Below are positions 46,600-55,362 of a stretch of 64,000 nucleotides of DNA, in pieces. A program made the position numbers and the translations under genes. The number at the start of each line of letters is the position of its first letter. Position 1 is the first letter of the stretch. The notes under the pieces were generated by a model that saw nothing but the letters and a program-made list of their open reading frames with translations, did no database searches and was not told the origin of the DNA. Source of the DNA: an uncultured virus (IMG/VR IMGVR_UViG_3300042450_001700) (taxonomy: Duplodnaviria; Heunggongvirae; Uroviricota; Caudoviricetes); IMG/VR virus record IMGVR_UViG_3300042450_001700; one strand, given 5' to 3'.

Positions 46600-46746
46600 G
46601 TAGATAAAGATACTACAGGTGTCTGACATTATGCGAATCCAAATGGTGTGACTCTTGTCACACGCCAAATCGGAGCCGCCAGCACACCCAGCCGACACGC
46701 GACAAAGGGACCGGAGCTACCCGGTCCCCTCATCACCAACAACAAC

Positions 46747-47736
46747 TCACAAGCCGTTACGAGCAGACTCAGCGAACACCGCCTGAGTCACCTTCTGGTC
46801 ATCAAGGTCAATCGCACCCGACAGGAAGTCAGTCATCGTGCGACCAAGACGAGAAGTTGAACCAGCAGTACCGTTCGCACGGAACGGACGCTCGTGCTGA
46901 CGGTAGGTGTTGAACGCCTGCACAACTCCCCATCCGGTTCCACGGAAGTCACCGACACGCTCATCGTTGCGATAGATGTTGGACACCGACTCCACACGGT
47001 TCTCCCAACGAGTACGAGCAGCCTCGGTTGCGGACTCAGGTGGCATCGGAGCCAAGCGGTTCACGATCCGGTAGAACTCGGTGTCGGTCACCGAAAGGTT
47101 GATTAGCGTGTTGACTTCCTCGTTGAACGACTCAGCCTGCTTCCACATCAGACCGAGAGTGTTGCGAGCGGTCGTGAAGTTCATCGACGAGTTGAGCGTG
47201 TGACGCAACTTGAACACGTTGTCGCTTTTGCGTCGGAGAGCGCCGATCTGGTTTGAGCAGATGAAGCGGAACATTCCCATCCGGTATGAAGTCGCAAGCG
47301 AACCATCGTGCGAGGATGCGAGTGTGAGTGTTGGTGCAACGTCACCCTCACCGGCTTCCAAGCATGGTGCCTGAACCTGAACCCATCCGACCGCACCGTT
47401 CTTCAGCAGGCCCGCACCCGAAACCTGAAGGTCGGTGTCGGACGCATCCAAGAGTGTGAACAGGTTGTCCACGAGTACGTCGCTGAACTGGTGAAGTCCG
47501 TGTGACTTGGACACCGTGTTGAGAACCATGCCCGTGTCGGTTCGGCGGATGGCTTGCTTGTTCTCAAGCGCCACCATCGAATCGGAACCCGAGTCGTGTG
47601 TGTAGAGCGGGGTGTACTCCACAGTGAAGTTGAACAGGTCACGCACCCGCTCAAACGGAACAGGTCCGGCGTGCTTCTCGTTTGCGTGGACGCTTCCACC
47701 ATTGCCGAGGATTGTGATGTCTGTGTTGTTTGCCAT
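46747..47736 (-). CDS. DUF932 family protein
   Basis: AGLLKNG, LASSHDGS, RFICSNQ and RHT motifs; GT.WG..QA...Y..H. Confidence 0.85.
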   Translation of the reverse strand: MANNTDITILGNGGSVHANEKHAGPVPFERVRDLFNFTVEYTPLYTHDSGSDSMVALENKQAIRRTDTGMVLNTVSKSHGLHQFSDVLVDNLFTLLDASDTDLQVSGAGLLKNGAVGWVQVQAPCLEAGEGDVAPTLTLASSHDGSLATSYRMGMFRFICSNQIGALRRKSDNVFKLRHTLNSSMNFTTARNTLGLMWKQAESFNEEVNTLINLSVTDTEFYRIVNRLAPMPPESATEAARTRWENRVESVSNIYRNDERVGDFRGTGWGVVQAFNTYRQHERPFRANGTAGSTSRLGRTMTDFLSGAIDLDDQKVTQAVFAESARNGL

Positions 47737-48008
47737 TGTGATTGCCTCCGTGTTAGTTGTTGCTGTTGGTTGTTGTACGACTCACTATATAGATCGGTGT
47801 GGACGCTAAATGACTTTCCACTAAACTTTTCTTTGGATTCGTTTACAAACCTAAACCCTCAACCACTACTTCACCCCCGCACCACCAACCCCGACGCTGG
47901 GCAAACCCTCAACCTCAACCACAGGTTTACAGTTAGACACTCGGAACCGGAACGCCGCCCAGTACGTCGAAGGTTTGCGTCCACACTGCTCTATAGACTG
48001 TTGAACAT

Positions 48009-48245
48009 ATGACTACTGAACAAGAAGTGAGCAGCAACTACACGCCTGCACAGCAATGGCTTGCAGCACTAGACCTTATGGTCAAGGCCACCGAGGAACT
48101 GGGCGTGAACCATGCCGAGTATCCGCGGGCGGCGGTTGAGTGTGGGCCGGAGATGGTTCGTGAGATTGACCGTGTGATTCGGATTGCTCAACGGTTGACT
48201 GATGGTTGTGATGTTGAGTTTCAGCGGAAGCGTTTGAGCGTCTAA
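48009..48245 (+). CDS. Hypothetical protein
   Basis: CGTCCA-N10-TAGACT promoter just upstream. Confidence 0.6.
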   Translation: MTTEQEVSSNYTPAQQWLAALDLMVKATEELGVNHAEYPRAAVECGPEMVREIDRVIRIAQRLTDGCDVEFQRKRLSV

Positions 48246-48313
48246 AAAGAAATATCAAACAATCTTGGTTATTGACTTGATAATGTCCCACAGGTGCAGT
48301 AACTTGATCTACA

Positions 48314-48606
48314 TGACATCGACCGAGATCATCCAGACAATCAACAACAACTACTGCAACCGTGCGACCATCGCAGCGGATGCCGCTGCGAACAACACCG
48401 ACGAGGCATTCGCCATCCGAGCGATTGCAACGCGCCGGACAAACGCACAGGAGACAGTGTTCGCACTGTTCATCGCAATGAGCGGCGGAACTTGCACCCG
48501 AGCGATTCACTCGGATCGCATCGACCGGGAGATCGCAGCTTGCGCCGGATTCACGCAAGCGGAGATTGACTTCGCTCGTCGGGCCAACGCCGAGTGCGTC
48601 AACTAA
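48314..48606 (+). CDS. Hypothetical protein (leaderless, MTST start)
   Basis: TGTCCC-N10-TAACTT-N7-ATG. Confidence 0.65.
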
Positions 48607-48689
48607 AACCTCAAGCGGGTGTGGCACGACAAAGTGTCACACCCACCCATTACAATCACAACCAAGTTCACAACCAAGGAGCAAGCAAG

Positions 48690-48929
48690 ATGACAACGAT
48701 CAAAGTAAACACACCACGGTTCACAGTGACCACAGAGGTCAGCCGCCACTTCGATATTGAGTCAAACGACATTCACGTTTGGTTCTCCAACTGCGAGTAC
48801 GGGGTCTTCGACACCAAAGCCGCAGCGGAGCGCAGCGCACCTGCACGAGCGAAGGTTGAGCGTGCAATCGACATCACGATCAACGGCAACACTTCACTTT
48901 TGATTCCAGTAACCGAGGTGATCTTCTAA
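48690..48929 (+). CDS. Hypothetical protein, paralog of 27808-28038
   Basis: ESNDI.VW...EYGVF.T.A.AE..AP shared; AAGGAG SD. Confidence 0.7.
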   Translation: MTTIKVNTPRFTVTTEVSRHFDIESNDIHVWFSNCEYGVFDTKAAAERSAPARAKVERAIDITINGNTSLLIPVTEVIF

Positions 48930-49153
48930 TGGAAACAGCAGCATATTCAGCAACAGCAACAGCAACAGCAACATTGCATTTCACAGCGAGGGTTAGCGGC
49001 TCATCGTTCGCCGGTTTCGATGTGCCAATAGGCTACTTCGCCAATGCCGACCAAGCTACGCAGTACGCAGATCAGCTCTTTCCGTGCGGTATGCCCTACT
49101 CAGGGTCTAACGGGACACTTGATTTTGTGTTTCTCACAGCGGCAGCGGGCTGA
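48929..49153 (+). CDS. Hypothetical protein (tandem paralog a)
   Basis: HFTARVSGS...G.F.NA..A.Q.A.Q...GTL.FVFLTA. Confidence 0.7.
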   Translation: METAAYSATATATATLHFTARVSGSSFAGFDVPIGYFANADQATQYADQLFPCGMPYSGSNGTLDFVFLTAAAG

Positions 49154-49359
49154 TGGAACCCTCATACGGAATCTTCCCATCCGAACCAGCAGCAGTTCAC
49201 TTCACTGCGAGGGTCAGCGGTTCAGACATGCCGCTCGGTTTCTTCTCCAACGCCGCTGAAGCACAACAGTTCGCAGAGCAGTTCATCGGACGAGGCAACG
49301 CCGACGGCTACAATGTTGGGACACTTGAGTTTGTGTTCCTCACAGCAGGAGCATTCTGA
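49153..49359 (+). CDS. Hypothetical protein (tandem paralog b)
   Basis: Same motif as the preceding ORF. Confidence 0.7.
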   Translation: MEPSYGIFPSEPAAVHFTARVSGSDMPLGFFSNAAEAQQFAEQFIGRGNADGYNVGTLEFVFLTAGAF

Positions 49360-49688
49360 TGATGGTGAGAGACTGGAACATCGACACACTCCGGGAGGAG
49401 TGGAACAAGGTTGACGACCAACGCCTTGAAGCGATACGCGACGAGAACCTTGAAATGGAAATCATCGCGATGGCACAGCTAGACGTTTTGGAAGACCAGA
49501 TCGAAAGAAGGATGGCGAAGATGGAACAACAGGATCGCTCACGAGGTTTCATCACGTTCGACGGTCGCTACCAGTGGAACTATCGGAACGCTGACGGACC
49601 GATTACTAAGGGTGCTTCTGAGGGTTACGCGTCGCACGCCGAAGCAGCTATCGGTCTTGTCGCTTTCATCGAAAGCCTTGACGACTGA
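49359..49688 (+). CDS. Hypothetical protein
   Basis: Coupled ORF. Confidence 0.65.
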   Translation: MMVRDWNIDTLREEWNKVDDQRLEAIRDENLEMEIIAMAQLDVLEDQIERRMAKMEQQDRSRGFITFDGRYQWNYRNADGPITKGASEGYASHAEAAIGLVAFIESLDD

Positions 49689-49838
49689 TGGGTGTTGAAC
49701 GGTTGGCTCGTGAGATCGTTGCGAACTCGGATGGCAAGGTGTCGTGGGAGGAAGCTTTGCGTGAAGCGTGGTGGACCACAATGGCAGGCTGGGGCGAGAT
49801 CGAAAACCCTGAACCTGTAGTTGAGGTTGAGGGTTAGG

Positions 49839-50570
49839 GTGAACCACACGACTCATAACATCGACTGCATCAACCTGCCATCACTGGGACTTGAACCAGT
49901 CCAACTTGTTTACGCTGACCCACCGTTCAACACAGGCAGAGACTTCGGAGAATGGGCCGACAACCACTGGGCCACAACGAGCGATTACATCCGGTGGCTT
50001 ACCCCACGCCTTGAAGCGTGTTGGGAGCAGCTTTCGCCTAACGGCAATCTGGTCTTGCATTTGGATTGGCGGACAGCGCACAGAGCGAAGATCGCTTTGG
50101 ACGACATCGCTGGGGAGCAGAACTTCTTGAATGAGATTGTGTGGGCGTACCGTTCTGGCGGTGCGTCGAAGCGGCATCTGTCTAGGAAGCATGACACGTT
50201 GTTGTGGTATGCGAAGGGTGATGGTTACACGTTCAATCCGCAGCGTGTGCCGTATGCGCCGGGGACTGATGTGAGCAGGCCGGGGTTTCATCCTGATGGG
50301 AAGTTGATGACTGATGTGTGGGACATCTCTTTCATTTCGACTAGCTCGCATGAGCGCACTGGGTGGCCTACGCAGAAGCCGGTGACGTTGTTGTCTCGTG
50401 TGGTTGAGTTGTTTAGCAATCGGGGTGATGTTGTGTTGGACCCGTTTTGTGGTTCTGGTACGACTGGGGTTGCGGCGAAGCGGTTGGGGCGTGGTTCGGT
50501 GTTGTTGGATGTGAACCCGGATGCGACTGCGTTGGCGGGGGAGCGTGTTTGGGGTGAAAAAGAAATCTGA
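49839..50570 (+). CDS. N6-adenine/N4-cytosine DNA methyltransferase (beta class)
   Basis: DPPF, PTQKP and VLDPFCGSGTT motifs. Confidence 0.9.
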   Translation: MNHTTHNIDCINLPSLGLEPVQLVYADPPFNTGRDFGEWADNHWATTSDYIRWLTPRLEACWEQLSPNGNLVLHLDWRTAHRAKIALDDIAGEQNFLNEIVWAYRSGGASKRHLSRKHDTLLWYAKGDGYTFNPQRVPYAPGTDVSRPGFHPDGKLMTDVWDISFISTSSHERTGWPTQKPVTLLSRVVELFSNRGDVVLDPFCGSGTTGVAAKRLGRGSVLLDVNPDATALAGERVWGEKEI

Positions 50571-50635
50571 AGAAATGTTCCATATTGGGCATTATTGGTT
50601 TGATAATGTCATACCCATGCTGTAGGGTTATCTAC

Positions 50636-50803
50636 ATGACATCGACCTTCTACACCATCTTCCACAAGCCAACCAACTGCAACGTGCGCTTGACCCACGA
50701 GGTCACCGAGCGAGAGTGGCAAGCAGCTATGGACTGGATGGTCGGTCAGGCCAACCCGGTTCTGTCAGGCAGCGAGTACAGCCCACTCGTCTTCGAGAAA
50801 TAA
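50636..50803 (+). CDS. Hypothetical protein (leaderless, MTST start)
   Basis: TGTCAT-N10-TAGGGT-N7-ATG. Confidence 0.6.
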   Translation: MTSTFYTIFHKPTNCNVRLTHEVTEREWQAAMDWMVGQANPVLSGSEYSPLVFEK

Positions 50804-50829
50804 ACCAACTCACAACAACAGGAGCAGAC

Positions 50830-50994
50830 ATGACAAACGACGAGTTCACCAAAATCGTAGAGAAGGTACAGGCCACACACGCTGCCGACGCAGCAACCTG
50901 CACCGAATGCGAGTCCGTAAAAGGACTTGTTGCTACCACCACGTTCTGCACGATCTGCTTCCTCAAAGCAGTAGAGAAAGAAGACGCACTGTGA
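50830..50994 (+). CDS. Small zinc-finger protein
   Basis: AGGAG SD; CTEC...CTIC. Confidence 0.6.
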   Translation: MTNDEFTKIVEKVQATHAADAATCTECESVKGLVATTTFCTICFLKAVEKEDAL

Positions 50995-51170
50995 ACATCG
51001 AAGCCCTACTCCAAGAAGCAACCAAATCCGGTGAAACCGACATCTGCCCCGACTGCCAATGGGACCGACACCTAGTCCCCGAAACCGGGCGTTGCGTGGA
51101 CTGCGAAATCGCAGCAGAGCAATTCCGCATCATGCAGGCATCGTGTGACGGCTACCAGCCGATCTACTAA
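50991..51170 (+). CDS. Small zinc-finger protein
   Basis: GTGA-coupled; CPDC...CVDC. Confidence 0.6.
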   Translation: MNIEALLQEATKSGETDICPDCQWDRHLVPETGRCVDCEIAAEQFRIMQASCDGYQPIY

Positions 51171-51203
51171 CCACCTACTAATCAAAGTCAAATTAGGAGC
51201 AAC

Positions 51204-51452
51204 ATGACCGCACCAACCTTCACACCGATCAAAGCAACAGGGCAACGCCACGCCACCACCGAACCCCACACATGGTGGAACGCCAACATCGAAAACGGCG
51301 CACGCATCATCATCTTCCCAAGGCCAAGCGGATACCAGATCGCTGTTACCCGACCAGCCGGAGCAGGCCAGTCATACGGCATGTACCCAACACTTGAAGC
51401 CGCCTACCTAGAAGCCTGCGTGATCCACACCGAAATCCTCGCAGACAACTGA
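51204..51452 (+). CDS. Hypothetical protein
   Basis: AGGAG SD. Confidence 0.65.
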   Translation: MTAPTFTPIKATGQRHATTEPHTWWNANIENGARIIIFPRPSGYQIAVTRPAGAGQSYGMYPTLEAAYLEACVIHTEILADN

Positions 51453-51614
51453 GCGGTGACCGGCCCTTACCGGGCAGGGACAGAACCGGCCACCACAACC
51501 AAAACCCGCTTACCCGCCGGTGGACGACCCGCACTTCGCCCAGCAACGGCGCGGGTTTCCAAAACCAGACACCACCAAAACCACCCAAAACAGCCCTAAA
51601 CCAAATAGGAAACC

Positions 51615-52112
51615 CTACTCAAGTTCGGTCGAATCAGCCTCAACAGCACGACGACGAGACTCCAACTTCATAGCCAAACTCTCAATCGCAGACGAGTCAA
51701 CACCTAACGTAACCCGCATATCAACAGGGCCACCGTCAGCGCCAGTAACTTCAATCTTCGATGCGTCCCTACGCCCCCACCGTTCAGGGTTCTTGCGTTC
51801 ACGAATCCATGCGGCGGCTTGCCATTGTCCGTCTTGGGCGGATCTGCGGATGAGGGCTATGTCTGCGACTTCTGCGTCGGCTTCTGCTTTTTCTATTGCG
51901 GCTAAGAATGCTAGGTATTCTGGTGGTGCGTCGGGGTTTTCGGCTTGTTTCAACCAGTTTCGGAGTGTTTGGTTGCTTATGCCTGCGTAGCGGCAGGCTA
52001 CTTCTCGGTAGTTGCCTGCTTGGAGTGCGGTGATTATTTTGTCGCAGCGTTCTTTGTTGAACTTGGTTGGTCTGCCGGGGTGGTCGTATGAGGTTATAGG
52101 GGGCGTTGGCAT
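51615..52112 (-). CDS. terS: Terminase small subunit-like protein
   Basis: GRPTKF...ACRYAGIS..T..NW, WQAAAW..ER..PE.WGR and EVTGADGGP motifs. Confidence 0.75.
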   Translation of the reverse strand: MPTPPITSYDHPGRPTKFNKERCDKIITALQAGNYREVACRYAGISNQTLRNWLKQAENPDAPPEYLAFLAAIEKAEADAEVADIALIRRSAQDGQWQAAAWIRERKNPERWGRRDASKIEVTGADGGPVDMRVTLGVDSSAIESLAMKLESRRRAVEADSTELE

Positions 52113-52585
52113 GTGGGGCAGTTTCCTTGTCCGTGTTCTGTGTTGTCTTTTTCTGGTGGTTGGAAGGCGGCGGGGTTGTCGGTGGTTTGGAGGAGGGCTT
52201 GGAGGTCTTCGGGTGTGAAGCTTGTTGCTTCTAGGAGTTGGGTGTTGTTGTTTGAGATGTTGGTGAGCATTGTTGTGAGTTCTTTGTTGTCCCAGCGGGA
52301 GAGGTCGGAGGTGTGGTTATCGGCTATTGCGAATGCTTGTGCTTCTTCTAGGGTGAGGTTGACTGTGATGGCGGCGATGTGGTCCCAGCCGAGTTGGACG
52401 GCGGCGGCGTGGGTGTGGTTCCCTGCGAGGATTTGTCCGTCTTGGTTTACGACTAACGGTTTGAGTTGCCCGAATTGGGTGAGGCTTGCTTTGATTGCGT
52501 TGACGTTGCCGCGGCGGGGGTTGTGGTGTAGGGGTGTGAGGGTTTCGATTGGGACGAGTAGTTCTTGGAGGTCGTCTGCAATCAT
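52094..52585 (-). CDS. ParB/Srx N-terminal domain protein
   Basis: NPRRG, SL..FGQ.KP, ILAGNHT..AA and ADN motifs. Confidence 0.85.
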   Translation of the reverse strand: MIADDLQELLVPIETLTPLHHNPRRGNVNAIKASLTQFGQLKPLVVNQDGQILAGNHTHAAAVQLGWDHIAAITVNLTLEEAQAFAIADNHTSDLSRWDNKELTTMLTNISNNNTQLLEATSFTPEDLQALLQTTDNPAAFQPPEKDNTEHGQGNCPTCQRPL

Positions 52586-52640
52586 GGTTGTGATTCTACC
52601 ATACGTTTAGGCATTATTTGGGGTATGATCGGTTTTCTAT

Positions 52641-53312
52641 TTGGAGGTTGTTGTGTCGAATGTTGTTCCGCAGTTGCAGGGGTTGTGTGTTCCTGTTGAG
52701 GGGTTGAGAACGATGACTGGTAATCCGCGTCGGGGTGATGTGGATGCGGTGATGCGTTCGTTGGATGCTTTTGGTCAGCGGAAACCGATTGTTGCTCGTG
52801 AGAGTACGGGCGAGGTGATCGCTGGGAACCATACGTTTATGGCGGCGGTGAAGTTGGGTTGGTCTGAGATTGCGGTTGTGTGGGTTGATGATGATGATGC
52901 GACGGCTAAGGCGTTTGCGTTGGCTGATAATCGGACTGCCGAGTTGGGTGGTTATGATGATGAGTTGTTGGCGGGGATGATCGCTGAGGTGATGTCTGCT
53001 GACTTGGGGTTGTTGGCTGCGGCTTCGTATACGGCTGACGATTTGGATGCGTTGTTGGCGGATACTTTGCCTGTTGAGGAGTTGCCGGTTCCTGAGACTC
53101 GTAAGGCCCCGGTGAAGTTGGCTGAACGGTTTGTTGGTTTGCCTGTGAGTGTGTTGAACAGTCGTGAGGGTTGGTGGCAGGATCGGAAACGGGCGTGGAC
53201 TGATCTTGGGATTGAGTCTGAGTTGGGTCGTGATGGTAAACCGTTGACTTGGAATGTTGCTGTGCCGCAGGGTCACGGCCATCAGGCGACGGATATGGTG
53301 CAAAATGGTTGA
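52641..53312 (+). CDS. ParB/Srx domain protein carrying the N-terminal segment of a DNA methyltransferase
   Basis: NPRRG...IAGNHT...LADNRTAE; ends with LAERF..P.SVL..R.GWWQDRKRAW..LGI.SELGR. Confidence 0.8.
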   Translation: MEVVVSNVVPQLQGLCVPVEGLRTMTGNPRRGDVDAVMRSLDAFGQRKPIVARESTGEVIAGNHTFMAAVKLGWSEIAVVWVDDDDATAKAFALADNRTAELGGYDDELLAGMIAEVMSADLGLLAAASYTADDLDALLADTLPVEELPVPETRKAPVKLAERFVGLPVSVLNSREGWWQDRKRAWTDLGIESELGRDGKPLTWNVAVPQGHGHQATDMVQNG

Positions 53313-54876
53313 ACCTGTTGTTGAGGTTGAGGGTTACGGTGAGGGTTCAACTTCTTTGTTTGACCCGGTTTTGTGTGAACTGGTTTATAGGTGGTTTTGT
53401 CCACCGGGCGGTCAGGTGTTGGACCCGTTCGCCGGGGGTTCTGTTCGTGGGGTTGTTGCGTCGAAGTTGGGTCGGGAGTACACGGGGATTGACGTTCGCC
53501 CGGAGCAGGTTGAGGCGAACAGGTTGCAGGGTGAAAGGCTTTGCCGCGGGTTGTCGTTTGTGCCGGATGTCCCTGAGGATCACATGCCTGAGCTGACACC
53601 GGTTGAAACTCATGGTGACATCTGGTTGAAACGTGAGGATCATTATGTTTTTGGTGGGGTGAGGGGTGCGAAAGTTCGGACTTGTATGCTTCTGGTTGAG
53701 CGTGCGCGTGAACAAGGGGTTGGGGTTGTCACGGCTGGGTCACGGCAGTCGCCGCAGGTGAACTTTGTGGCTCAGATTGCAGCGGCGTTGGGTGTGAAGT
53801 GTCGGGCGCATGTGCCTTCTGGCGATTTGACACCGGAGCTTCTTGCGGCTCGTGGCGCTGGTTGCGAGTTGATTCAACATCAGGCGGGGTATAACACGGT
53901 GATCGTTGCGCGTGCGCGTGAGGATGCGTTGCAGTCTGGTTGGGTTGAGATTCCGTATGGGATGGAAGCGCCGGAGGCGGTTGAGTTTACGAAACCGCAG
54001 GTTGCGAATATCCCTGACGGGGTTCAGCGGATTGTGAACAGTGTCGGGTCAGGAATGACTCTTGCGGGCATCCTGTGGGGTCTAGTTGAGTCGGGGAGGG
54101 ATATTCCGGTAGTTGGTGTGTGTGTCGGTCATCCGCCGTTAGAACGCCTTGAGAGGCACGCACCACCGGGTTGGCAGGAAATGGTGACGATTGTGGACCA
54201 CCCGTCCGATTACCACGACGAGGCAGCGGTGACTGTGTTCCGTGGGGTGCAGTTGGACCCGTGGTACGAGGCGAAGTGCATTCCGACTTTGGAACCGGGT
54301 GACTTGTTATGGGTGAGCGCTATCCGACCGTCAGTTGTTCTCGCCGCAGCACCGTTACCCCAGTGGGTTGAGGGTGACGCTTCAGAGGTGGGCGAGTTGT
54401 GTCAAGGTTTAGAAGCCGATTTGTGGTTTTCTTGTCCGCCTTATGGTGATCTTGAAGTGTACTCGGATGATCCGCGTGATCTTTCAACGATGGATTACTC
54501 AACTTTTATTGAGTCATTCCGACAGATTGTTGATACGTCAACAAAACTGTTGAAGGACGACAGGTTCGCTGTTGTTGTTGTCGGTGACTTCCGTGGCCCC
54601 GACGGGAACTACCGCAACTTTGTTTCAGATACGATCAGCGCTTTCCAAGACGCAGGACTCAGCTTGTATAACGAGGCGATCCTTGTAACGAATCTTGCTT
54701 CACTGATTCTGCGTGTCGGTAAACAGTTTGATGTGTCCCGCAAGATGGGCAAGTCGCATCAGAATGTTCTTGTGTTCTTGAAGGGTGACGCACGCGCAGC
54801 GACACGCGCTTGCGGTCCGGTGCAGGCCGGTGATCTGACGGCTGAGGCCACGGAAAGCGTCCAACCGGAATCGTAG
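53305..54876 (+). CDS. DNA methyltransferase with inserted PLP-dependent (fold type II) domain
   Basis: TSLFDPVLCE...VLDPFAGGSVRG; insert LTPVE...LKRED...GAKVR...VGSGMTLAGI...DPWYEAK; then FSCPPY...K.HQNVLVF.KG. Confidence 0.85.
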   Translation: MVEPVVEVEGYGEGSTSLFDPVLCELVYRWFCPPGGQVLDPFAGGSVRGVVASKLGREYTGIDVRPEQVEANRLQGERLCRGLSFVPDVPEDHMPELTPVETHGDIWLKREDHYVFGGVRGAKVRTCMLLVERAREQGVGVVTAGSRQSPQVNFVAQIAAALGVKCRAHVPSGDLTPELLAARGAGCELIQHQAGYNTVIVARAREDALQSGWVEIPYGMEAPEAVEFTKPQVANIPDGVQRIVNSVGSGMTLAGILWGLVESGRDIPVVGVCVGHPPLERLERHAPPGWQEMVTIVDHPSDYHDEAAVTVFRGVQLDPWYEAKCIPTLEPGDLLWVSAIRPSVVLAAAPLPQWVEGDASEVGELCQGLEADLWFSCPPYGDLEVYSDDPRDLSTMDYSTFIESFRQIVDTSTKLLKDDRFAVVVVGDFRGPDGNYRNFVSDTISAFQDAGLSLYNEAILVTNLASLILRVGKQFDVSRKMGKSHQNVLVFLKGDARAATRACGPVQAGDLTAEATESVQPES

Positions 54877-54885
54877 AATGGTCGT

Positions 54886-55362
54886 ATGTCAGACCATTAC
54901 GATCCGAGAACAGCCCGACCTGCTAGGCACGTTGACCAGCGCGCACGAAACGGGCGGACAAGAGACAACGGGGGGCAGATGCTTCCCGAGCTTCCGTCGC
55001 TAGGCGAGGTGGAGCGGCGGATCATGCGGGTGGATGACGAGTTGGCTGATCTGGTTGAGCAGCATTACTCGGCGGCGGAGCAAGCGGCTGGGGCAGAAGC
55101 GGATTGGAAAAGCCATCGTGATCGGATACTGGTTGGGATCGCTGATCGGGGCGATAAGGAAGCGGCGGATATTCGTGAGGCTCGTGCGAAGCGTGCGAGG
55201 GTTGATCCGTCTGATCCTGATTCTGCGATTGGTGATGACTTGTACCGGCTATACAAGATTTTTGAGGCTCGTGAGAAGTCGATTGACCGGCATATCCGTG
55301 CTGTTCAGACGAGAGCAACAGCTTTGATGTCGGTCGCCAAGGGCATCCGTGGTGTGACTTGA
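54886..55362 (+). CDS. Hypothetical coiled-coil protein (leaderless)
   Basis: CGTCCA-N10-TAGAAT-N6-ATG. Confidence 0.7.
   Translation: MSDHYDPRTARPARHVDQRARNGRTRDNGGQMLPELPSLGEVERRIMRVDDELADLVEQHYSAAEQAAGAEADWKSHRDRILVGIADRGDKEAADIREARAKRARVDPSDPDSAIGDDLYRLYKIFEAREKSIDRHIRAVQTRATALMSVAKGIRGVT

Noticed and set aside
47776..47789. TACGACTCACTATA, a 14-nt match to the T7 promoter
   Set aside because: Single copy lacking TAA and GGG, and no phage RNA polymerase in the window; explained as the minus-strand -10 (TATAGT) of the DUF932 promoter
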